In this document: positions 35,210 through 43,649 of the stretch, one piece after another | How positions within the stretch are numbered: the first letter of the stretch is position 1 | Layout of the letters: every line of letters begins with the position of its first letter | IMG/VR virus record: IMGVR_UViG_3300006931_000029 | Coordinates: 62,001-126,000 of that record | DNA length: 64,000 bases | Direction: 5' to 3' (one strand) | Notes under the pieces: model-generated | The model's database searches: none | Told to the model about the DNA's origin: nothing | The model's input: only the letters and a program-made list of their open reading frames with translations | Translations under genes and position numbers: made by a program

Positions 35210-36696
35210 TCCTTGGTGAATGTCTCGTCGGCGTGCTGGTCGATAACCTTGACAGCTTCCTCGGCCACCATCTCAGGCGGCAAATAGAAGGAGCGCACCT
35301 TGCGAACGAGAATCTTCTTCAGCGCCTCACTCGGCTTGCAGAAACGAAGCTCGAATGGTTCGCCCTCTTTGCCGATATAGAAGACGCATTTCGCCTTGCC
35401 GTCTTTGTGGGAGTAGTAGACGTCGGAACCAAACTTGATTTGTTTGTAGTGGTCCCGAAGGTGGACAAGAAGAGCTTCGTCACGTTCTGTCGGCGTGAAT
35501 GGGCCGGATGAAGGGGCGGCGGGAGCTTTTTGCTGTTGTTCGGGAGTGGGCGGTGTGTCTGACGAGGAGGCTTTTGGCATGACAGGATCGGTTGAGGGTT
35601 GTTGATCTGTGAGAACAGGAGTCCTCACATTCCGAGAACCCAATAGCTTTGGGCTCAGGGTAATCTCGCCTAGGCCGTAGTTCATTGCCTCCGTCTGACA
35701 TGCGGTCTTGAGGCCGCAGGACATGCATGTGCGATGATTCCGCTGGAAAAGGACACCGAAGCAGGACAAGCGATCCCCTTCGATGACCGGCGGCTTGGCA
35801 CCGACAACAGTCAGAAGCTTCTCGACGTCGGTTGACACCTTCTCCAGCTGGTCACGAGAACAAATCGTAAAGAGCCGGGCAACGATGACCTTGTCGGTGG
35901 AGCGTGGAACCTGAACCCCGAAGATGTTTTCAAGCGTGGCGAGCGCCGAGTTGAAGCGCACATCCTCGGGTTTGTTGTTCATGATCTTCTCCATGTATTT
36001 CGTCTTGATTGATTGATGCACGGTAGCGAAGAGTTCCTGGTCGATACCAAGACCCTCTGCCATGTGCTGGTGGCTGAGTTTCACCGAAAGCGGCTCGTTC
36101 TTCTTTCTGCCACGCGTGGTGCCCAAGTACGAGAACATGTATGCTCCCGGGTTTGGGTCTGCGAGCTGAGCTAGGACGAGTAGTTCCAGCGGAGTGAGGA
36201 AGACTTTAAGATCGTCCAACAGCTCCTGATCAAAAGAACAAGACGTGGAATCCTCCTTGCCGGCAATCTGAAGGTGGATGTCTGGATCGTCGAGGCTGAC
36301 ATCCGGTTTGATATTGACGCTGGTCGGATCGTTACGATCTGGAGCCCTGTGGCCAGTCCGCTTGATCGTGAAACGATGACGTTGAACAATGCCACGAACG
36401 TGGTTGTTCATCGACGTCTTTGCGACCTTAAAAAATTCAACTCGATTTCTGGCTCTAGTGAGCCAACCTGCTTTTATTACGTCAACCACTTTCTTCAAGC
36501 ATTCGGCTCGAAGATCGCTGAAGTTGAGAGCGAAACAGCTGTTGTCCGTGTACATCGTAGCCACAGAGACAGCAACTTTCAGGAGGTCTTCCATCATATC
36601 CTCCAAGCGGAGGAGGGGTTGACCGATGGCCATAGCCAATCTTGAAGATTCGACTTCGGCCGTTCTTAGCAATAGCGTAGCATCATTGACGTCCAT
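35206..36696 (-). CDS. sigma70-like factor (region 2 + region 4) with extra Zn-finger and C-terminal domains
   Basis: DLRAECLKKVV..EFFKVAKTSMNNHVRGIVQRHR resembles region 2, and LLDDLKVFLTPLELLVL..SHQHMAEGLGIDQE resembles the region 4 HTH. Start MDVND preferred. Confidence 0.6.
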   Translation of the reverse strand: MDVNDATLLLRTAEVESSRLAMAIGQPLLRLEDMMEDLLKVAVSVATMYTDNSCFALNFSDLRAECLKKVVDVIKAGWLTRARNRVEFFKVAKTSMNNHVRGIVQRHRFTIKRTGHRAPDRNDPTSVNIKPDVSLDDPDIHLQIAGKEDSTSCSFDQELLDDLKVFLTPLELLVLAQLADPNPGAYMFSYLGTTRGRKKNEPLSVKLSHQHMAEGLGIDQELFATVHQSIKTKYMEKIMNNKPEDVRFNSALATLENIFGVQVPRSTDKVIVARLFTICSRDQLEKVSTDVEKLLTVVGAKPPVIEGDRLSCFGVLFQRNHRTCMSCGLKTACQTEAMNYGLGEITLSPKLLGSRNVRTPVLTDQQPSTDPVMPKASSSDTPPTPEQQQKAPAAPSSGPFTPTERDEALLVHLRDHYKQIKFGSDVYYSHKDGKAKCVFYIGKEGEPFELRFCKPSEALKKILVRKVRSFYLPPEMVAEEAVKVIDQHADETFTKE

Positions 36697-36775
36697 GTGT
36701 TCCAGAGGGGGTTGACAGAGTTGACAGAAGCAGGAGACAGAAAAACTAGACAGAGAGGTGCGACCGAAGGAGAAC

Positions 36776-37792
36776 TTACTCGTGCTCTCCGAAGACTTCA
36801 TGCTCTCCTGATCGCCGCGAGTCGACCGTGGTTCGCATTTCGTCCCAAACTTCTTGAGCGCTCTTCGTTGTGCGCCCGCGTCGCTTCGCTACTTGCTCGA
36901 CAGAGGAAGGGTCCTTGTCCGATGCTTCAAGTTCGCGATAAAGGTCGTAGCTGTCACGCAGCTTTGCGAGACTCACTGGCGTTGGGATTTTGATCCGCTG
37001 CCCACCGAGTGTCATCACAATACGCTTGAATTGATCCCACGTGATGATGTCCAGAAGGTCTGGAATGTGGTCGTACGAGTGAGCGTGGCGGACGAGGTCC
37101 TGCTCAGTGAATGGCACGTGGACCATCTCAAGCATTTCGTTGCGCATCGCAAACAACGACCAGTTGTAGAAAAACTTCGATAGATCGATGCTGATCCCGT
37201 AGCTGTACGACGCAGAAAGGATCGCCCTTTTCTTGTCATGGGACTCCATCAAGATTGATTCAAGAAGGAAGCGTATGGCGCCGATTTCTTGTTTTGAACC
37301 CCATCGAACAGTGATGTGGTCCAACTTACCTCGGAACGAAACAGCCGCTTCGTGTTCAAAGGCACTATGATCCTCGACACCGTGATATTTTTCCAACGAT
37401 TCTCCGGTGGAATGAATTCTAGTGCGATAAGTGCTAACCTTAACGACTTCACCTCGGAAAACGTTTTTCGCGCACTTGGAGAACCAAGAGAAAAGCTTGC
37501 CCTTCTCAGGACGCCAAGCGATGAGCCATTTGACGATCTTCTCCTGTGCGGCCAAGACGAGTGTGTCGAGGTCGACCGTTGAGTCAAAGCCTTCGTACTG
37601 AGCAAACCGCTCGAACATCGGCGTCGAGCCTTTGACGATTTCGTCCAGCAGGTCAATAGCTTTCTCGTGCTCACCTGCTTCAGTCAGACGTTTCCATTCG
37701 ATTGCCATCCCCGTGAGTCGAGTCGCATTGAAAATGTGCTCGCCCTCTTTTGCGGGTTCTTCGGCTGGAAGGTCTGTCTTTTTCGCGGACAT
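36776..37792 (-). CDS. sigma region-2 (gp55-like) protein with a C-terminal Mor-like domain
   Basis: DTLVLAAQEKIVKWLIAWRPEKGKLFSWFSKCAKN resembles sigma2, and IVMTLGGQRIKIP..SVEQVAKRRGRTTKSAQEV resembles the Mor/C family. Confidence 0.65.
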   Translation of the reverse strand: MSAKKTDLPAEEPAKEGEHIFNATRLTGMAIEWKRLTEAGEHEKAIDLLDEIVKGSTPMFERFAQYEGFDSTVDLDTLVLAAQEKIVKWLIAWRPEKGKLFSWFSKCAKNVFRGEVVKVSTYRTRIHSTGESLEKYHGVEDHSAFEHEAAVSFRGKLDHITVRWGSKQEIGAIRFLLESILMESHDKKRAILSASYSYGISIDLSKFFYNWSLFAMRNEMLEMVHVPFTEQDLVRHAHSYDHIPDLLDIITWDQFKRIVMTLGGQRIKIPTPVSLAKLRDSYDLYRELEASDKDPSSVEQVAKRRGRTTKSAQEVWDEMRTTVDSRRSGEHEVFGEHE

Positions 37793-37863
37793 TTAGCGTA
37801 GGTTAGATACTTGAGGCAAAGTGGGTTGGGCAGGGAAAAGAATACTCTTCAAGGTTCTCTGGT

Positions 37864-37935
37864 TTACTATCCGGAGACTGGTAGAAATTACTACGGGGGT
37901 GATAGTATTTTTGACTACCCTTCCTCAGTAGTCTT
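37864..37935. repeat. three degenerate dyads at a 24-bp period in the longest intergenic gap
   Basis: ACTA at 37866, 37890 and 37914, each followed 9-12 nt later by TAG(T/A). Confidence 0.45.
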
Positions 37936-37999
37936 TTCTAACCGAAAAGAAACACAAAAAGGCGAACAAGATGTTTGCTCCCTATTTGCTGTGAGGAAT

Positions 38000-38611
38000 T
38001 TATGTCTCGACAGTGACCTTCTGAAGCTTCTTCACGATCGCGTCGAATGCAGGTTGATGCTTGCCAAGCTCAGGATCGATGGCGATCAACTGACCTGCCG
38101 AAAGCATCAGCGTATAAGGAACGACCGGGGTCAACTCCACCGCGCCGTTGAGACCAAGTAAATCCTGAAGTTTGCGAATATCTTTGGAAATCTCCAGTCC
38201 GGAAACTGCCTTGGTGTCCATCTTGGCCGTCAAGTCATGGGCCAACGACAGCATGCCGTGGATGGTTTGCCGGACGACCTTGGCACCAGCTGCAGACGTG
38301 GTAACTGCCTTGGCAGGATTGTTGGTCGTGGCAGGTCCAAGGCCGAGGACTTCTCTCGCGGCCAACAAGATTTCTGACTTGCCGATTTCCAACGCGTCTT
38401 TGCCGTCCTTGTGAAGCTTCACGGCTACGTTGAAAACCTCCACGGGAAAGGTTACCACCTCACCTGAGCGTTTCTTCACGCCTACCGTCTTGGAACCCAG
38501 CTTTTCTTTGATCGCTGGCTCCTTGTCCATGTAATAAAGGACTGCGTTGATTCTGACCGGCGTCGGGACGTCTTTGTCCGTCGCTGGGTCGTAAGTTTTG
38601 GGATCGCTCAT
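38000..38611 (-). CDS. hypothetical (probable early) protein
   Basis: 203 aa downstream of a sigma70-like promoter. Confidence 0.6.
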   Translation of the reverse strand: MSDPKTYDPATDKDVPTPVRINAVLYYMDKEPAIKEKLGSKTVGVKKRSGEVVTFPVEVFNVAVKLHKDGKDALEIGKSEILLAAREVLGLGPATTNNPAKAVTTSAAGAKVVRQTIHGMLSLAHDLTAKMDTKAVSGLEISKDIRKLQDLLGLNGAVELTPVVPYTLMLSAGQLIAIDPELGKHQPAFDAIVKKLQKVTVET

Positions 38612-38622
38612 CGGACGTGGTG

Positions 38623-38651
38623 ATTTTAGGTTACGGATTGGAAATTGTAAA
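38623..38651 (-). promoter_or_regulatory. sigma70-like promoter
   Basis: TTTACA-N17-TAAAAT, 11 nt before the ATG. Confidence 0.65.
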
Positions 38652-38666
38652 CATTAAACGGTTTCG

Positions 38667-40010
38667 TTACTCGTCGTCGAGATCGATGTCGGCATCGTCA
38701 TCTTTCACGTCTTCGTCTCCTACGACGTTGTCGCTGAACATGATTTCTCGGGCCTTCAGCCAAAGCAAGTCGAGATCAGCTTGATGGTCTTTGTAGAAGT
38801 TAACCCATTCTTTCTTCGAAGGAAGTTCAGGATCGTTCGTTGCTTTGCCCCGATCGTCGTCTTCTTCCAAGCTGCGCCCAGCCGATTTCTTAGACGATGC
38901 TGGTTGAAACGTGCTGGTGGTGATGCCGAATTTGGCGAACTGCATCGTGAACCGCTTGGTCGACGGCGAGTATTTGGCGATGCCCAAGAAAATCATTGTC
39001 TCGAGCCGAGAGTAGAGATTGTTGAACCCACCCTCGAACAGGATAACGAGCCGACCCTCGCGAAGCGGCTTGATTTGCCGATTCTTCTGCGTGCGAAAGC
39101 CAATGAGATACCCTTGGGAGAACCTGGCGCCGCTCAGGCGATAGTTCTCGTTGAGCCTGAACATAAACACCCGCAGAGACGAATAGAACCGCAGAGCTTT
39201 GCCACCGAAGGTAGAATAGTCGTCGTTTTGCGGAGTGCTGTAGTGAACCTTCCGCTGGCCGGGAGCCGTCTGCTTGAACGCGTCACGGACCTGGTTAGTG
39301 CAAACCATCAGCACGTTGTGCCGGTTGATTTCACGCTGCATACGACGGAACCCTTCAGACAGCATCTTCGGTTGGCGCTGGAAGTCTTCCTTGTTCCACT
39401 CCTTGGTCATCTCCTGCTTTGAAGACGTGCCGGCGATAGTGTCGACCACCAGAACCACGAAGTACAGAATGGGCTCGCGTTTCTCGTCCTTTGCGGCCTT
39501 GTTTTCCTCCAACTGTTTTTCCTTGATCTTCTCGATGACAATGTCCGACATCTTGAAAATCTGGTCGACGGTATCGCAACGAGCAATGATGCAATCAAGC
39601 GTCACTCCTTCGATGATGATCTTTTCATCTTCGTCTACCGATTGCTCGTTGTCAATGAAGACTGTGGTCACGGCAATCTTGGCCGGATCAATTTTCGTCA
39701 GCGACATCACGCCGCCGACCACTGACCGTCGGTAGATTTCTCCGATTTGTGCCTTGATCAGAGAGCGGATGCAGAGAGCGCTTTTGCCGCACGCCTCAAG
39801 CCCGTAAAGCTCAACGATTCGTCCGAAAGGAAGACCGCCGCACGCCTCATCCATCGGATCAAGCCCAGTTTTGAGGACGTACTCAACCTTGGACAGGATG
39901 TCCTCAGTCGAAAGGGCAACGTCAAACGTACCCTCTTCGTTTGAATCCTTCGGGCGTTGGCGCTTTAGTTGGCGCGCGACGATCTGATTAAGGTTGGGAA
40001 TTTCGCTCAT
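38667..40010 (-). CDS. recA: RecA/UvsX recombinase
   Basis: TGLDPMD..GGLPFGRIVELYGLEACGKS, VVDTIAG, TNQVR and GGKALRFYSSLR motifs. Confidence 0.92.
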   Translation of the reverse strand: MSEIPNLNQIVARQLKRQRPKDSNEEGTFDVALSTEDILSKVEYVLKTGLDPMDEACGGLPFGRIVELYGLEACGKSALCIRSLIKAQIGEIYRRSVVGGVMSLTKIDPAKIAVTTVFIDNEQSVDEDEKIIIEGVTLDCIIARCDTVDQIFKMSDIVIEKIKEKQLEENKAAKDEKREPILYFVVLVVDTIAGTSSKQEMTKEWNKEDFQRQPKMLSEGFRRMQREINRHNVLMVCTNQVRDAFKQTAPGQRKVHYSTPQNDDYSTFGGKALRFYSSLRVFMFRLNENYRLSGARFSQGYLIGFRTQKNRQIKPLREGRLVILFEGGFNNLYSRLETMIFLGIAKYSPSTKRFTMQFAKFGITTSTFQPASSKKSAGRSLEEDDDRGKATNDPELPSKKEWVNFYKDHQADLDLLWLKAREIMFSDNVVGDEDVKDDDADIDLDDE

Positions 40011-41665
40011 TTGGCTGAATCGTGCTTCTTGACCCGGTCACGGATGCTGCTGGTAAGTGAGGATGCGCGAGTTGCTGGCTGATCATTCTTCGGTTGATCC
40101 GAAGCAGGAGCAACTTCGCCGGCGGTCGGTGCAGACGCTGGAGCTTTATCCTTGTCGTCATCCGGCAGATCGTCTTCCTCTTCCTTGTCCTCACGGCCCG
40201 CGGACGGACGTGGCGAACCAGTCACAGCGGCTGGAGGAGGGACAATCTGACGAGAACCAGAGACGTTACGAGACATCGCCGGTGGATCATCGGTGTCTTC
40301 ACGACGACCGCGTGGCTCATCTTCCTCATCAACGTCCCGAGCGCGACCACGTGGTTCTGCTTCTTCGAGATCAGGATGACGATCGGCGTCTGCAGGACGA
40401 GATGTAGCTGAGGAGCGTCTGTCGTCCGAACGGCGATCGTCTCCACCGCCAGTCGAGGTGCCACGGCGGTCGTCAGACCGACCACGGTCTTCATCTCGAG
40501 GAGCTGAGCGGCGGTCATCTGAGCGGGGTTCAGAACGACGCTCGTCGCGTACGTCACTCTTTGGAGAGTCAGAACGGGCTCGGTCGTCTGAACGACGATC
40601 ATCCGAGCGTCGGTCGTCTGAACGGCTGTCACCACGGTCGTCTCTGGATGAAGAGGATGAACGGCGATCGTCTCCATCATCGCGTGAGCGCGAACTTCCA
40701 CGATCGTCCGAGCGGCTGTCACCGCGGTCGTCTCGACCTCGGCTGCTGCTTTCTTCAGCGCGACCACCGCGATCATCGTCTCGTGACCGAGAAGACGAAC
40801 GATCGTCTCCATCATCGCGTGAACGTGAACTTCCGCCACCTCGGCGGTCATCCGAACGGCTGTCACCACGGTCGTCTCGGGAGCCACCGCCACCTCGGCG
40901 ATCGTCGTCCCGTCCGCCAGAAGGCCGACGGTCGAAACACAGGTCTTCGATCTTCAGGAGAATGTCGTCCAAGTCATCTCCTTCGACTGGGGCGTCCGCC
41001 TTCCAGGTAATGGACTTCAATACTTCTGCCAGGAATTCGTCCGGGTTGGCGCTCTTCGGTGCCAATGGGAGCGGGTCTTCGCGATCAAACCGAAGTCCAC
41101 GACGGCTCTTGCTCATCATCAAATCGCAACCCTTGATGGGGTCGACGATGCTGAGCTTTGACTCTGTGCGGCGAAGAAACGTCTTGAAGATCGTCATCAC
41201 GTCTTGAAACGCTTCCTTGTACAGCCAAAGCTCTTTGGCTTTCTTCAACTCGTTGCCGCGGTACTTCGTGACCTGACCGCTAGCCGACTGATATTCAATC
41301 GGCACGGCCATAACCAAATACTGCGGAACCGCAGTCATGCGGTACGCGGCAGACGACACCGCCTTGTTCCGGTCTCGATTCAGCTTGTCGATCGTATCGC
41401 ACATGGCACACTTGCCATCAGGATCGCCGCCGTGGGCAACGTCTGTGTCGCGCGTGCAAAGGTAAGGGCGTTGACCAACCCAGTGACGAGCAACGCGAGC
41501 AAACCACTTGCCGCGATCATCGAAGATGTAGGGGACGATGCGAAGCAACATCGACTCGCCGGGCTCTTTGAGAGCGATGCGATCGTTGCCACGACGGCCT
41601 TTTTGGTTGAGAAATTCCGTCTCTTTTTCGAGCTCGGCCAAGTAATCGGGATCAGTGTGCGACAT
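40007..41665 (-). CDS. gp32-like single-stranded DNA-binding protein with a long Arg/Asp/Ser-rich disordered tail
   Basis: LLRIVPY, RHWVG..YLC..CAMCD core; position between UvsY-like and RecA genes; repeated RDDRGDSRSDDRR. Confidence 0.75.
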   Translation of the reverse strand: MSHTDPDYLAELEKETEFLNQKGRRGNDRIALKEPGESMLLRIVPYIFDDRGKWFARVARHWVGQRPYLCTRDTDVAHGGDPDGKCAMCDTIDKLNRDRNKAVSSAAYRMTAVPQYLVMAVPIEYQSASGQVTKYRGNELKKAKELWLYKEAFQDVMTIFKTFLRRTESKLSIVDPIKGCDLMMSKSRRGLRFDREDPLPLAPKSANPDEFLAEVLKSITWKADAPVEGDDLDDILLKIEDLCFDRRPSGGRDDDRRGGGGSRDDRGDSRSDDRRGGGSSRSRDDGDDRSSSRSRDDDRGGRAEESSSRGRDDRGDSRSDDRGSSRSRDDGDDRRSSSSSRDDRGDSRSDDRRSDDRRSDDRARSDSPKSDVRDERRSEPRSDDRRSAPRDEDRGRSDDRRGTSTGGGDDRRSDDRRSSATSRPADADRHPDLEEAEPRGRARDVDEEDEPRGRREDTDDPPAMSRNVSGSRQIVPPPAAVTGSPRPSAGREDKEEEDDLPDDDKDKAPASAPTAGEVAPASDQPKNDQPATRASSLTSSIRDRVKKHDSAK

Positions 41666-41676
41666 GGTGAAATGGG

Positions 41677-42132
41677 TTAATCTGGAGTGATTGCGGGTTC
41701 GTCAGTGTAAACTTTTCTCCGTGTGGATTCAGTAGAACGGACTAGATCAAGTTTGCTTTGAAGCGAGATTTGCAGATTGATCAGCCTGCCACACCATCCT
41801 GAAAGCACGGCAAAACGACGGTGCGCTTTCTTCACGTCTTCTTGCAGAACGATCTGGCGGGAGAGATTCGTGTCAGTCTTTTTTCCGGTAAAATCTGGAT
41901 CGCCTTCTAGTCGATTGAACGCTTCAGCTTCGACCTCTTTGATTTCTTGCTTCGCGACCAGTTTTTTCTCGGTGTAAATTTGAACGAGCATGTTAACCCA
42001 CTCAATGAGTGCTGGCAACTCCTCGCTTGCGACAGAGATGTCGTTGTAGTCCTTCTTCAAGTAAAGGTCTACGTTGAGTTCGTAGCCTTGAAGCTTGATC
42101 GGTTCGAGTGTTGGTAGCTCGTCGTTTGGCAC
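41677..42132 (-). CDS. UvsY-like recombination mediator
   Basis: Helical 151-aa protein with UvsY-like pattern, adjacent to the SSB and helicase genes. Confidence 0.6.
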   Translation of the reverse strand: MPNDELPTLEPIKLQGYELNVDLYLKKDYNDISVASEELPALIEWVNMLVQIYTEKKLVAKQEIKEVEAEAFNRLEGDPDFTGKKTDTNLSRQIVLQEDVKKAHRRFAVLSGWCGRLINLQISLQSKLDLVRSTESTRRKVYTDEPAITPD

Positions 42133-42146
42133 GGTGAAGATAGAGA

Positions 42147-42211
42147 AGCCGTCACGCCATAAGGGTTCTGTCGGCCCCTCCTCTGGAACTGCAAGCGGCG
42201 GCGTGACGGCT
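42147..42211. promoter_or_regulatory. intergenic stem-loop with a perfect 12-bp stem
   Basis: AGCCGTCACGCC at 42147-42158 and GGCGTGACGGCT at 42200-42211 enclose 41 nt. Confidence 0.55.
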
Positions 42212-42233
42212 CTCGATGGAGAACGTTATTTGA

Positions 42234-43643
42234 TCAAGGCTCGTCGCGTGACAGCTTTTCGAAGTCCGCGTCGCTGATACCTCTGCCTTTCTTGCGTGGC
42301 TTCTCCTTGGAATCACTCTTACCGCCGTCCTCTGGTTCGTACGGGATTTCTTCCCCTAAGTCGACAGTCATAGTTTCAGGATCGACCTTGCCTCTGAAGT
42401 GCTGAAACGCGGCGCCATGACGATTGACAAACACAAAGGTTCTGAAGATGTTTTCAGCATATTCGTCGTCAGTCATACAAAGACCAATAGCGACGTCGAC
42501 GATACCACCTTTCGCGAACGCTCCTTGAAACGCCTTCATGTTCGGCACGCGGTCGTTCGTCGCCTCTTTTGTCATACGGTCCGGCATGATGACGGGCACT
42601 CTGAATTCTGCTCCCAAGGCTCTGGCTTCAGTGTAGACACCAGCCTGGCGGAGATACTCTTTTTCGTAGTTGCCGGACGGCAAGACGGTGTCCGCGTAAT
42701 CGATGATGATCGCTCGCAGTTTCTTGAGACCGAACTGTTGAATAGCCAGTCTGGCGTGGTTGCGAATCGTGGTGATTGTAGCAGTTCCGGCAGGATACCC
42801 CTTGATGACTAAGTTTCCAGCCACCGACGTGACAACAGCCGTTTTGGTTAGCTCCTTGAACTTCTCTGGATTTTCGTAAAGGTAACTCATCCCTTTCTGG
42901 GTGATGTTCGTCATTCCACGAGCAAACGCCAGCTCTTGCGTGATTTCGCACGGGTAGTAGAGCACGTCGCCGCCCTGCATAGGGCTAATGATGTTCAGCG
43001 CGAGATTCATGCACACGGCCGTTTTGTAGCGCTTCGGAGGAGCCACGAGTGTCACCAGCCATCCAGGACCCCATCCTCGCTTCCAAATGCGATCCCACTG
43101 CGGGTAGCCTGTGAGAGTGCCGTAGTCGGCTTTCGTGATCTTGTCGATGACATGGGCGTAGTCCATGTGGAATACGAGTCCGAGGTCGTCTAGATTTTGG
43201 CCGACTTGAAGCGCGTCTTGAAACAACTTTACGAACCCGTCCTCTGGAGATTTCTTCTCTTTGATCAACTCAACGCACTTTTTGATCGCGTTGATCGTTG
43301 CGCGTTCTCTCGCAAAAGTTATGACTCTTGAGACAACAAACTCAGCATCCGACGTGTCGTGCTCCCTCAACTGGGTGATGTATTTGATGACTTCAGCGTC
43401 ATCAGCCAGCGACAACTTCTTGTTTTGGTCTAGGGCGAGTTGCTTCAGCGTCGCCCACGACGGAGGCTTGCCGTACTTTCTGACGTAGTCTAACAGCGCA
43501 TAAGCGATAACGGTAGCCTGTGCACCTTGAAAATAGCTAGGCTGCAGAATTTCGCCGTACGCCAGAAACTTATCTGGATGGGCGATGAAGTGAGATATGA
43601 TCGAATCTTGAAATTCGTCATCTAACGCAAAGTGATCGGGCAT
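42234..43643 (-). CDS. dnaB: replicative DnaB/gp41-like helicase
   Basis: VAPPKRYKT (variant Walker A), YYPCE, IKGYP, IIIDYAD and VDVAIGL motifs. Confidence 0.85.
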   Translation of the reverse strand: MPDHFALDDEFQDSIISHFIAHPDKFLAYGEILQPSYFQGAQATVIAYALLDYVRKYGKPPSWATLKQLALDQNKKLSLADDAEVIKYITQLREHDTSDAEFVVSRVITFARERATINAIKKCVELIKEKKSPEDGFVKLFQDALQVGQNLDDLGLVFHMDYAHVIDKITKADYGTLTGYPQWDRIWKRGWGPGWLVTLVAPPKRYKTAVCMNLALNIISPMQGGDVLYYPCEITQELAFARGMTNITQKGMSYLYENPEKFKELTKTAVVTSVAGNLVIKGYPAGTATITTIRNHARLAIQQFGLKKLRAIIIDYADTVLPSGNYEKEYLRQAGVYTEARALGAEFRVPVIMPDRMTKEATNDRVPNMKAFQGAFAKGGIVDVAIGLCMTDDEYAENIFRTFVFVNRHGAAFQHFRGKVDPETMTVDLGEEIPYEPEDGGKSDSKEKPRKKGRGISDADFEKLSRDEP

Positions 43644-43649
43644 GCGTCT

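Noticed and set aside
37822-37835. G-rich run GGGTTGGGCAGGG as a G-quadruplex
   Set aside because: It has only three G-tracts.
37864-37935. 24-bp periodic array as a mini-CRISPR
   Set aside because: Repeats are only 4-6 nt half-sites with no 25-45 nt repeat/spacer structure, and no cas genes are visible.
32463-40060. Shared 14-mer CTGCTGGTAAGTGA (SSLTSS) in two genes
   Set aside because: Several 14-mer matches are expected by chance in 64 kb.
42159-42199. HDV/theta-ribozyme-like string on the plus strand (GGTTCT..GTCG..CCTCCTCTGG AACT G CAAG CGGC)
   Set aside because: P3 would be only 2 bp and P1 4 bp, and it lies on the non-transcribed strand. A self-cleavage test would settle it.
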